Source of the DNA: an uncultured Clostridia bacterium | GTDB taxonomy: Bacteria > Bacillota > Clostridia > TANB77 > CAG-465 | Length of the DNA: 64,000 nt | Reading direction: 5' to 3' | Assembly: GCA_934169925.1 (NCBI GenBank) | Contig: CAKPOO010000003.1 | Span: 62,847-126,846, forward strand | Shown: positions 19,109 through 28,025 of the stretch, piece by piece | Layout of the letters: every line of letters starts with the position of its first letter | Numbering within the stretch: position 1 is the first letter of the stretch | Notes under the pieces: generated by a model | Told to the model about the DNA's origin: nothing | Database searches by the model: none | What the model saw: the letters and a program-made list of their open reading frames with translations, nothing else | Program-made: the position numbers and the translations under genes

Positions 19109-20719
19109 ATGGCCAGTGTTTTAGGTATATTTGTAAGTAGTAATGTTATAAAATATGCAAAAATTTCAGAAGAAAGTGGTAAAAAACTTAAACTTGAAGA
19201 TTTTGGCGTAAGATTTGTTAAAGGAACTCAAAAGGAAACAATAAGAAGTATTATTGAAGAAACTAATTCTCAAAAGATTCCTATAGCAATCAATCCACAA
19301 GGCTCAAAATACATAAACTATGTAATGTTTGATCAGGCACAAGGTAGAAATGTAATGGCTGACGTTGCAAAAATGGAATTTGAAGCTTGGTGCGAAAAGA
19401 ATGCAAAATCTCCAGAAAAATATTCATATATTTATAAGGTTGCAGAAGTAAAAAATAATGAGAATAGATATAATGCAGTTTTGAATTTCATAGAAAAATC
19501 AAAGCTTGAAGAATGTTCTGATCTAGGGGGATACAAAGCTGATAATATTTTACCTGCTCAGTTTTCTATTAATAGATTAGTTCCTCAAGATGAGAAAAAT
19601 TATATGCTTGTAAATTTAGATGAAGCTTTATCTATTTGTGTTATTGTCGAAGGAAAGCTTTTAGAACTTAAATACTATGATATTGGTATGAAACAGATTT
19701 TAGATGACTTTTCTTTAAAACTTGGCTCTTATCAAAAAGCGTATGAAGCTTGCAAACAATTAAATGTTTATTCTGATGAAAGCACTAATAATAATCATGA
19801 ACTTGAACAAATTGCAGAACCAGTACTTCAAGAAGTGCTAAGAAATGTTGCAATCGTACTTAGTAAAAACAGAAATGAAATTGAAAAAGTATATATTACA
19901 GGTAATGGTATAGTATTTACAAATATGGATATTTTATTTAAAGAATATCTAAATATAAAATGTGAAATATTAAAACCAGATTTTATTCAAGATACAAGTG
20001 ATGTAAGAAATGTAGCTGAAATGCTAGAAACAGTTCAAGCTATGGCTTTAGCAGTTGAAACTCTTTCGCCTGTTAAAGAAAATTTGACTTTCTCACCAAA
20101 AGATGCAAAATCAAAATCAATGTTTGCATCTAGTGCTAAGCCTAAAAAATTACCAAAGAGAGAAAAAAGTAATGAAGATAGAAAAGAAAAAGAATTAAAT
20201 CTTCCAAGAAAAATTTATGATGCTTTGGTTTGTTCAAGTATTGTTATGATACTTGTCGTAATAGCATATAGCATTTTTGGTATAATGTATTCAAATAATA
20301 TAAATACAATGATTAAGAAAATTGACCAAAAAACAAATGAAATTACAACAGCAAAATCAGAAATTGATTCTGATATAACTTATATCTTAAATAATACTGC
20401 TAAATATAAAGTGGTTAATGATCAAGTAAATGACTACATTAATAACACAACAATATCACAAGTTAGATCAAAAAACATATATAATGTAGCAGCATTTATG
20501 CAAAGAATTGTAAAAATAATCCCTAACAATGTACAATTAAAATCAATTAAATCAGATGAAAATAAACATGTTACAATATCAGCTCAATCTGAAAGTTATT
20601 CATCTCTTGGATATTTCTTATCTGAATTGAAATTAAGTGGTACATTAAATAACATTGAGGTTAATACAGTTCAAAATGGTACAACAACAGTGGTTGAGAT
20701 AGGTGGTGATTTACCATAA
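19109..20719 (+). CDS. pilM: Type IV pilus assembly protein PilM (actin-like ATPase domain) fused to a PilN-like TM plus periplasmic region
   Basis: ORF 19046..20719. Probable ATG at 19109 after aaggag. The N-terminal about 340 aa has a PilM/FtsA-like architecture, followed by a TM (VCSSIVMILVVIAYSIFGI) and a coiled-coil periplasmic tail. Lies next to pilO, pilins, pilB, pilT and pilC. Confidence 0.65.
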   Translation: MASVLGIFVSSNVIKYAKISEESGKKLKLEDFGVRFVKGTQKETIRSIIEETNSQKIPIAINPQGSKYINYVMFDQAQGRNVMADVAKMEFEAWCEKNAKSPEKYSYIYKVAEVKNNENRYNAVLNFIEKSKLEECSDLGGYKADNILPAQFSINRLVPQDEKNYMLVNLDEALSICVIVEGKLLELKYYDIGMKQILDDFSLKLGSYQKAYEACKQLNVYSDESTNNNHELEQIAEPVLQEVLRNVAIVLSKNRNEIEKVYITGNGIVFTNMDILFKEYLNIKCEILKPDFIQDTSDVRNVAEMLETVQAMALAVETLSPVKENLTFSPKDAKSKSMFASSAKPKKLPKREKSNEDRKEKELNLPRKIYDALVCSSIVMILVVIAYSIFGIMYSNNINTMIKKIDQKTNEITTAKSEIDSDITYILNNTAKYKVVNDQVNDYINNTTISQVRSKNIYNVAAFMQRIVKIIPNNVQLKSIKSDENKHVTISAQSESYSSLGYFLSELKLSGTLNNIEVNTVQNGTTTVVEIGGDLP

Positions 20720-21414
20720 TGGTTGAAAATAAAAAAAGCTTAATTGCTATAATTGTTTTTGCAGTTTCTTTGATTTTATTAATAGTTGTTTTAAGTGGTG
20801 GTTTATCATCACTTGGTATAGTATCTCTAAAAGGAATAGGTGCTAAAAGAAATGATTTAGTAACTGCTGAAAACAATTACACATCTAAAAAAGCTTCATA
20901 TGATAGTTCTTTTGAAAATATTGAAACAGCAGAAAAAAATTATGATGCACAAAAGAAAAAATATGATTCTATTAGCGATGAAACAGTAAATGTTATAAAA
21001 AAATCAGCTAGTAATGAAAAATATAGTATCGAATATATGTGGATTAAACTTGGTAACTATGCAAAAAAAGATAATTTATCAATAGTAATTGTAGAACCAG
21101 GAAATGATTCAAGTGATACTTCTAGTAGTACAACTACTTCTACTACAACAAGTGATACAGTAAGTTTAGATAATACTACTACAAAAGAAACTACAGTGGC
21201 AACTGCAAAAAGTAGTGAAACTACACAAACTTCTAATGGTGAACCTTTAAAAATTAAAGTAGAAGGTAGTTATTTAAATATTGCAGATTTTATATTTGCA
21301 TTAGAAAGTGATAGTGAACTTAAATTTAGAATAGATAATATTTCAATGGAATATGTATCAGGTACTACAATATCTACTACATTTGAAGTTAAAAATGTAA
21401 CTATCTCTAAATAG
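20719..21414 (+). CDS. PilO-like pilus assembly protein (bitopic, coiled coil, Ser/Thr-rich linker)
   Basis: 231 aa with an N-terminal TM, a coiled-coil region and a poly-Ser/Thr stretch. Start codon overlaps the pilM/N stop. Confidence 0.5.
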   Translation: MVENKKSLIAIIVFAVSLILLIVVLSGGLSSLGIVSLKGIGAKRNDLVTAENNYTSKKASYDSSFENIETAEKNYDAQKKKYDSISDETVNVIKKSASNEKYSIEYMWIKLGNYAKKDNLSIVIVEPGNDSSDTSSSTTTSTTTSDTVSLDNTTTKETTVATAKSSETTQTSNGEPLKIKVEGSYLNIADFIFALESDSELKFRIDNISMEYVSGTTISTTFEVKNVTISK

Positions 21415-21426
21415 AAAGGATGAAAA

Positions 21427-21789
21427 ATGGATAAGAAATATATATTAACATTTAGTATTTCAGTATTAGTATTAAGTTGTGTTGTTCTTTTATGTTTAAC
21501 ATTTTTAACACCTCAACAAACAGTTAATATAAATAGTTCATTAAAAGAGTATAACGGAATTAATAAAAATGATTATGCTTATACTCAAACTAAAGATATT
21601 AATGTTGATAATTTAGTAACTGAATATACAATTACAAACAATGAAATTTCTAAATTTAAAGGAAATTATCAATATGTTCCTGGTAATACAAATCCATTTT
21701 CTCCAGCTTCTGAATTATATGATGAAGATGGAAATTTGAAGAATAATACTAATTCAGGAAGTAGCTCAAGTAGTACAGCTGGAAAATAA
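21427..21789 (+). CDS. Hypothetical bitopic protein in the Tfp locus (possible PilP-like or minor component)
   Basis: 120 aa with an N-terminal TM. Confidence 0.35.
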   Translation: MDKKYILTFSISVLVLSCVVLLCLTFLTPQQTVNINSSLKEYNGINKNDYAYTQTKDINVDNLVTEYTITNNEISKFKGNYQYVPGNTNPFSPASELYDEDGNLKNNTNSGSSSSSTAGK

Positions 21790-21799
21790 GGAGTAAAAA

Positions 21800-22267
21800 A
21801 TGAGTTCTGACAAAAAAATGAAAGTGATAATAGGTATTCTTATTGCTATAATAATAGGAATAGTACTATTTATCACATTAACAGCAAAAACAAACAACGC
21901 AAAATTTGTAGACGATTTAATAAATACTCAAGCAAAAGTTTCAAAATATATAGGTCAAATTGAATCTGAAACTTTTAATGCTTATACAGAAGAGGAAATA
22001 ATATTAGGAAAAACAAATGAAGATAAGATAAAGAATATAAACGAAAAAGAATTAATACCTCTTGTAGATGAAGATAATAAAGTTGAAAATGGTACAGTTA
22101 AATATTATCCTATAAATGATGAAAATTTAAAAACACAATTTGGAATTGATTTATCTGAGTATTCAGAAATAAAATGGTATATATCTACTAATGGATATGT
22201 AAAAGTTAAATTAGAATCAAAACCAAAGTGGTGGTCTGCTAATTTTAATAGTTTAATTATTAATTAG
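21800..22267 (+). CDS. Hypothetical bitopic protein in the Tfp locus
   Basis: 155 aa with an N-terminal TM (VIIGILIAIIIGIVLFITL). Confidence 0.35.
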   Translation: MSSDKKMKVIIGILIAIIIGIVLFITLTAKTNNAKFVDDLINTQAKVSKYIGQIESETFNAYTEEEIILGKTNEDKIKNINEKELIPLVDEDNKVENGTVKYYPINDENLKTQFGIDLSEYSEIKWYISTNGYVKVKLESKPKWWSANFNSLIIN

Positions 22268-22326
22268 GTAAAAACATATATAATGTTTTTATATATATTT
22301 AGATTTTTTTAAGGGAGGTAAATTAT

Positions 22327-22896
22327 ATGAAAAATTCTAAAAAAGGTATTTCTTTAATAGTATTAGTTATAACAATCATCGTTATAATTATACTAGCTGC
22401 AGCAGTTATATTAACTATGCAAAAATCAAATCCTATTGCTGACGCAAGAACAGCAGTAGAAAAAGAAGATTACACAGAAGCACAAAATGCTTACAATATG
22501 TGGTTATCAAAAGTTATGGTAAAACAACTTGATACTGTAACATTCACTGGTTGGATTGGTGATATTTCAGATTTTAATGGTAAGACAAATGGTCATAGTT
22601 CATATTTAACTGATGGTAAAATAAATTCTATAACAACTAATGATTCATCATCAACTGCAACAACTCCACCAATAGTATCAACAGTAGGATTTGCAACTAG
22701 TTCACTTGCTAAATTAAATAGTGAAGTTATAACTAATTATGTTTCAACAGTAGATATTTCAAAATTAGGATTACCAGAACAAGTTAAAGCTATTTATGTA
22801 AAAGATAACAAAGTTATTGGATTATACAAAAATTCTACAGTTAGTTTCTTAAATCCTACTACTGATGTTATAACTGTTGATCAAACAATTGGTTAA
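22327..22896 (+). CDS. Type IV pilin-like protein, paralog 1 (class III-like signal KKG|ISLIV..., lacks Glu+5)
   Basis: 189 aa. Short basic leader ending in Gly followed by an approximately 25-residue hydrophobic helix. Residues 1-72 and the last 60 aa are nearly identical to the next ORF. Confidence 0.55.
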   Translation: MKNSKKGISLIVLVITIIVIIILAAAVILTMQKSNPIADARTAVEKEDYTEAQNAYNMWLSKVMVKQLDTVTFTGWIGDISDFNGKTNGHSSYLTDGKINSITTNDSSSTATTPPIVSTVGFATSSLAKLNSEVITNYVSTVDISKLGLPEQVKAIYVKDNKVIGLYKNSTVSFLNPTTDVITVDQTIG

Positions 22897-22919
22897 TTTA
22901 AAAATTATATAGGAGGAAA

Positions 22920-23513
22920 ATGATGAAAAATTCTAAAAAAGGTATTTCTTTAATAGTACTTGTTATAACAATCATCGTTATAATAATTCTTGCTGCAGCA
23001 GTTATATTAACTATGCAAAAATCAAATCCTATTGCTGATGCAAGAACTGCAGTAGAAAAAGAAGATTACACAGAAGCACAAAATGCTTACAATATGTGGT
23101 TATCAAAAGTTATGGTAAAACAACTTGATACTGTAGCTTTCAATGGTTGGATTGCAGCTGATGGTATTACAATGAGCACATATGCAGATACTGCAAAAGG
23201 TGGTGCAACTGGAGCTAATGGCAAAAGATTAAGTGATGGATATATTAAATCTCTAGATACAACTAAAGATGCAATTGATATAGACAAAACAATTACAGTT
23301 GGTTTTGCTACTAGTTCAAATGCTAGATTAAATAGTGATGTTGTAAATAATTTAGTAAGTAAAGTAACAATTTCTCAATTAGGATTACCAGAACAAGTTA
23401 ATGCTATTTATGTAGTTAATAATAAAGTTATTGGTTTATATAAAAATTCTACAATTAGTTTCTTAGATGTAGGTACTGATACAATAACTGTAGATCAAAC
23501 AACAACTAAATAA
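22920..23513 (+). CDS. Type IV pilin-like protein, paralog 2
   Basis: 197 aa. N-terminal 72 aa about 97% identical to paralog 1; conserved C-terminal block VGFATSS...LGLPEQV.AIYV..NKVIGLYKNST.SFL; divergent core. Confidence 0.55.
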   Translation: MMKNSKKGISLIVLVITIIVIIILAAAVILTMQKSNPIADARTAVEKEDYTEAQNAYNMWLSKVMVKQLDTVAFNGWIAADGITMSTYADTAKGGATGANGKRLSDGYIKSLDTTKDAIDIDKTITVGFATSSNARLNSDVVNNLVSKVTISQLGLPEQVNAIYVVNNKVIGLYKNSTISFLDVGTDTITVDQTTTK

Positions 23514-23582
23514 TTAAACATAGGTGAATTTTATGAAATAACTGTCGTTAGCAACATAAAATTTAAAGGATGAGTAATTTTT

Positions 23583-23631
23583 AAAGACATATACATATAT
23601 TCAATATGTGTATATGTCTTTAACCTTATAT
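23583..23631. promoter_or_regulatory. Near-perfect 22-bp-arm palindrome (hairpin or operator)
   Basis: aaagacatatacatatattcaatatgtgtatatgtcttt has one mismatch and no clear U-tract. It lies between the pilin genes and the pilD-remnant gene. Confidence 0.5.
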
Positions 23632-23723
23632 GTATTTGATATATTATATATTATGTATTTGTACATATTTTAGAATACATCTTTTTAAATGTAGTGTAAA
23701 ATGTGGATAAATAAGGAGGATAT

Positions 23724-24134
23724 ATGATTGTATTCTTAAATGTAATTTTAATTATTTGTATGTTTGTAATGGGATCTTTGTTTGGAAGTTTCTTTTCACT
23801 TGCAACATATAGATTACCTAGACATCAAGATATAATTGCTACTAGATCGTATTGTCCAAATTGTAAACATAGATTAAATTTTTTCGATTTAATACCTGTT
23901 TTTAGTTTTATATTTTTAGGTGATAAATGTAGGTATTGTAAACAAAAAATTAGTCCTAGATATTTTTTACTTGAAGTTTCTAATGGTTTACTGTTAGTTA
24001 TTTTATATCTAATTTTTGGATATACTATTAAACTTGCAATTATTTGGATTATTTATTCTTTTATTTTTGTTATTATTGGAGCTAAAATAATGGAAACAAA
24101 AATGTCAGATGAAGAGAAAAAGGAAGTGGAAAAG
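23724..24134 (+). CDS. Prepilin peptidase (PilD) N-terminal Zn-finger domain only; no A24 catalytic domain; in frame with the downstream pilin
   Basis: GSLFGSFFSLATYRLP...CPNCKHRL...LIPVFSFIFLGDKCRYCKQKISPRYFLLEV matches the PilD N-terminal domain, including its Cys tetrad. The region carrying the two catalytic Asp residues is missing. Confidence 0.6.
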
Positions 24135-24521
24135 ATGAAACTTTCAAAAAAATCTGGTGTGTTTATATCAGAACTTGTAATAGCTATAGTGTTATTTGCA
24201 ATTTTAATGATTTCAGTATTTACAATTTCAAGAAATTATACTAAAAATGCAACAGAAACAATTTTAAAATCTAATGCAAATGTAATTGCAGTAAAAAATC
24301 TTGAAATGTGTCTTGCAACGAAATATGATAAACTTGCATCATATACTTTACAAGAAAAGTTTCAAGATGTTACATATTCAGTAAATGTTAAAGTTGATTC
24401 TGTTTCAGATACTGATTTTTCAAAAAAGGATATAGTAAAAAAAGTTGAAGTAGAGGTAAGTTATATGCAAAATGGAGTAAAAAAGACACAAACTATTTCA
24501 ACACTAAAAGGTAAGGTGTAA
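24135..24521 (+). CDS. Prepilin-type minor pilin (MKLSKKSG|VFISELV..., canonical Glu+5)
   Basis: Internal ATG at 24135 within ORF 23724..24521. Class III signal with G|xxxxE and a hydrophobic helix. Confidence 0.55.
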   Translation: MKLSKKSGVFISELVIAIVLFAILMISVFTISRNYTKNATETILKSNANVIAVKNLEMCLATKYDKLASYTLQEKFQDVTYSVNVKVDSVSDTDFSKKDIVKKVEVEVSYMQNGVKKTQTISTLKGKV

Positions 24522-24524
24522 AAA

Positions 24525-24995
24525 ATGAAAAAAGGTATTACAATGCTTTCTTTAGTAATTTATGTTGTTTTATTTTTTGCATTTTCTGCAATTGCAATTT
24601 CTGTTTCTACGAATATGAATTTTAGGACATTATCAGAAAAAGGAATTATTTATTGCAATGAAGAGTTACAAAAATTACAATATAATTTACTAAATAGTGC
24701 TAAAAACAGTACATCTTGTGATATTATACAAAATACTTTTGTTTTTAGTAATGGTGATGAATATGTTTTTGATAGCAGTAATAAAAAAATATATAAAAAT
24801 GGAGGAACTCTTATTGATTCAATATCTAGTTGTTCTTCTATATCTGTATCAGAACTTAAGTCTACACCTGAAAATTTTGTATCAAATATAGACAAAGATG
24901 CAGAATATGTATGTTTAAATGTTGAATTTTCAAAATATAATCAAATTTTAAATACAGATTTATTTTTCAAGATAGGAGATGATACAGTTGAATAA
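24525..24995 (+). CDS. Minor pilin-like protein (MKKG|ITMLSLV..., no Glu+5)
   Basis: 156 aa with a pilin-like N-terminal helix and Cys residues in the C-terminal region. Confidence 0.4.
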   Translation: MKKGITMLSLVIYVVLFFAFSAIAISVSTNMNFRTLSEKGIIYCNEELQKLQYNLLNSAKNSTSCDIIQNTFVFSNGDEYVFDSSNKKIYKNGGTLIDSISSCSSISVSELKSTPENFVSNIDKDAEYVCLNVEFSKYNQILNTDLFFKIGDDTVE

Positions 24996-25209
24996 ATTAA
25001 AAAATATTTCAAAATTAAAAGGCTCTGGAATTTTGGTAGTAATTTTATCAGCTATTGCTTTTTCGATTTATTCAATGAGTGTTTTTTCAGAATCTAAACA
25101 TTTTAGTTTGATATTTAGTAAGTATGAAAAAAGTATATCAAATTATTATGAAAAAAATGTAAATGATGTAGATGGATTTTATGATTATATTTTAAAGTTA
25201 AATAAATAA
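24979..25209 (+). CDS. Small pilin-like protein
   Basis: 76 aa; LKGSGILVVILSAIAFSIYSMSVF is a pilin-like helix. Confidence 0.3.
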   Translation: MIQLNKLKNISKLKGSGILVVILSAIAFSIYSMSVFSESKHFSLIFSKYEKSISNYYEKNVNDVDGFYDYILKLNK

Positions 25210-25212
25210 TAG

Positions 25213-26868
25213 ATGGGAGTGTATGTTAAAATGTTTGAAAATGTTAGAGAAAAAAAGAGTCCAATAGGACTAGAGTTTATTAAACAAGGATTACTTACAG
25301 AATCTCAAGTTGATAGAGTTCTTGAATATCAAAGAGAACACAAAGAATTAAAATTTGCTGAAATTGTTGATGTTCTTGATATGTGTAATAAACAAAAATT
25401 ACTTGAAATTTTATCAGAAAAAATTAAAGTAACTATGGAACCACTAGAAGGAGATTTAGATATAAATCCTGTAGAATATTTACCAAGAGATATAATTATA
25501 AACTATAGAGTTATACCTTTTGATTTAGTTGGAAAAACTTTAAAAGTTGCTTTTTCTGATCCACTTGATGCAAACCGTGTAAGAGAAGTAGAACTTTTAC
25601 TTATGAACCAAGGTTACGATATGGAGATTTATGTTACATTATATACATCTATAATGAAACAAATTTCAAATTTAAAAAATGTTGGTACAAAATATGTTAA
25701 TAAAGAAGAAAAAGATGTAACTAAATTAATTGATAATATTATTTTAACAGGTATTGAAAAAAGAGCAAGTGATATTCACTTTGAACCAATGCAAAATAAA
25801 ATAAGAGTAAGATTTAGAATAGATGGTCAACTTGTAAATATAACTGAACTTCCAAAAGAAAGACAAGAACTTATCGCAGGAAGAATTAAGTCTATTTCTA
25901 ATATGTATCAAGAAATTCAAAATGACCAAGATGGTAGTATTGATACTTTTGATAACTATAGTATCCGTGTATCTAGCCAAAAAAATGTTAACGGAGAAAA
26001 GTTTGTTCTAAGACTTTTAAAGAAAAATACAGATGCAAAAGATTTATTTGAACTTGGATTTTTCAATGATAAAGAAACTATTGAAAAAGCATTTAACAAG
26101 AAAAATAGTATAATTCTTGTCTGTGCTCCTACTGGTGAAGGTAAAACTACAACTTTATATAGTGTTCTTGAATATTTAAATAGACCAGAAATAAACTTAA
26201 TTTCAATTGAAAACCCAGTTGAAAGAAGAATACCTGGTGTAAACCAAGTTGAAATTGGTGCAAATATAACATTTGCATCTGCATTAAGAACAGTTTTAAG
26301 ACAAGATCCAGATATAATTCTTGTTGGTGAAATACGTGATGAAGAAACTGCAAAAATAGCAATTGAAGCTGGTCAAACAGGTCACTTAGTTTTATCTACA
26401 ATACATACAATTGATGCTGTTGAAGCTATAACAAGACTTAGAAAAATGGGAATTTCTGATTATGATGTATCAGCAACACTAGTAACATCTATATCAGAAA
26501 GACTAGTAAGACGTTTATGTCCAAAATGTAAAAGACCTCATACTTTTACAGAAGATGAATTAAAATATATTCAAAGAGCAGAAAAAATTTCTGGAGTTAA
26601 TTTTGATTTAGAAAACGCACAACTTTTCGAACCAGTTGGTTGTGAATATTGTGATAATATTGGTTATTATGAAAGAATAGGTATATTTGAATTGTTATCT
26701 TTAGATGAGTATTTAAAAGATATGATTTCAAGTGGAAGATCAACTATTGATATTCGTAAATATGCAAAGGAAAATACAGGATATGAACCATTAGTTGTTG
26801 ACGGTATAAGAAAAGTATTAGAAGGAATTACTACAATAGATGAATTAAAAACAAAAATAACTCTATAA
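25213..26868 (+). CDS. pilB: Type IV pilus assembly ATPase PilB (GspE family)
   Basis: 551 aa. N-terminal GspE_N-like domain, Walker A CAPTGEGKTTTL, tetracysteine motif CPKC...CEYC, His box. An alternative ATG lies at 25231. Confidence 0.85.
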   Translation: MGVYVKMFENVREKKSPIGLEFIKQGLLTESQVDRVLEYQREHKELKFAEIVDVLDMCNKQKLLEILSEKIKVTMEPLEGDLDINPVEYLPRDIIINYRVIPFDLVGKTLKVAFSDPLDANRVREVELLLMNQGYDMEIYVTLYTSIMKQISNLKNVGTKYVNKEEKDVTKLIDNIILTGIEKRASDIHFEPMQNKIRVRFRIDGQLVNITELPKERQELIAGRIKSISNMYQEIQNDQDGSIDTFDNYSIRVSSQKNVNGEKFVLRLLKKNTDAKDLFELGFFNDKETIEKAFNKKNSIILVCAPTGEGKTTTLYSVLEYLNRPEINLISIENPVERRIPGVNQVEIGANITFASALRTVLRQDPDIILVGEIRDEETAKIAIEAGQTGHLVLSTIHTIDAVEAITRLRKMGISDYDVSATLVTSISERLVRRLCPKCKRPHTFTEDELKYIQRAEKISGVNFDLENAQLFEPVGCEYCDNIGYYERIGIFELLSLDEYLKDMISSGRSTIDIRKYAKENTGYEPLVVDGIRKVLEGITTIDELKTKITL

Positions 26869-26881
26869 TTTAGGAGGAAAA

Positions 26882-27979
26882 ATGGAAGCATTAGATTCAA
26901 TTTTGCAAAAAGCACTATCTTTAGGTGCTACAGATATTCATATTATTGTTGGTCAATTACCAATTTATAGAATAAGACGTGAACTTGTTTATGATCAATC
27001 AAAATTACCAATGTCAAAATCTACTATTTTAAAAATAATGGAGTACTTTTATGAAAATTATCCAACTTTAAAAGATGATTTTGAAGAAGATAAACAAGTT
27101 GACTTTACTTATTCATACATGGAAAATAGATTTAGAATTAATATATCTTTATCAAAAAGTAATCCTACTTTTTCTATTAGGGTTATACCTAATGGAAGTA
27201 TAAAAGTTAGAGATTTAGGATTAATTGATATAATAAATAAGATGAGAACTATTCAAAGTGGTTTAATCTTAGTTACAGGTAAAATTAATTCTGGAAAAAC
27301 TACAACTATGAATGCATTCATACAAGAAGTAAATAAATCTGATAAGAAAAAAATTGTTACACTAGAAGATCCAATAGAATATGAACACATATCTCAGGAA
27401 TCTGTTGTTATTCAAAAAGAAATAGGAAAAGAACTTGATGTAAAAGATTATAAATCAGGTCTTATAAACCTACTTAGAGAAGATGCTGATATTGCCGTAA
27501 TTGGAGAAATAAGAGATAGAGAAACAATGGACGTTGCTTTAGATCTTGCAGAATCAGGGGGACTTGTTGTAGGTACACTTCATACTCGTTCTTGTGGTGA
27601 AACATTAGAAAGAATTCTTTCTTTATATGATGGTAGTGAAAAAGCTGCTATAAAAAATACTTTGTCATCTGTTTTAAAAATGGTAATTTCTCAAAAATTA
27701 ATCATAAGTAAACAAAATGAATTACTTATGGTACCAGAAATAATGATGGTAAACACTGTATTAGCAGCTATAATACGACAAGAAAAGTTTAATATTGGTG
27801 ATATAGAAGATTCTATACATTCACAAAATGATATAGGATGTGTTAGTTTTGAACAATCTTTTACAGATCTTTATATAAGAAATTTAGTTGATTTAAAGAC
27901 TATAAAAGAAAATGTTGATCCAGAAAGATTTAAAATTATTAAAAATCTAATAATAAGTTCTGGTGTATCACTTGAGTAA
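26882..27979 (+). CDS. pilT: Twitching-motility / pilus retraction ATPase PilT
   Basis: 365 aa. LVTGKINSGKTTT (Walker A), GEIRDRETM (Asp box), VVGTLHT; length typical of PilT. Confidence 0.8.
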   Translation: MEALDSILQKALSLGATDIHIIVGQLPIYRIRRELVYDQSKLPMSKSTILKIMEYFYENYPTLKDDFEEDKQVDFTYSYMENRFRINISLSKSNPTFSIRVIPNGSIKVRDLGLIDIINKMRTIQSGLILVTGKINSGKTTTMNAFIQEVNKSDKKKIVTLEDPIEYEHISQESVVIQKEIGKELDVKDYKSGLINLLREDADIAVIGEIRDRETMDVALDLAESGGLVVGTLHTRSCGETLERILSLYDGSEKAAIKNTLSSVLKMVISQKLIISKQNELLMVPEIMMVNTVLAAIIRQEKFNIGDIEDSIHSQNDIGCVSFEQSFTDLYIRNLVDLKTIKENVDPERFKIIKNLIISSGVSLE

Positions 27980-28025
27980 TTTTTTTATTTATAATATAAT
28001 GAATTTATGTGGAAGGAGATAAAAG

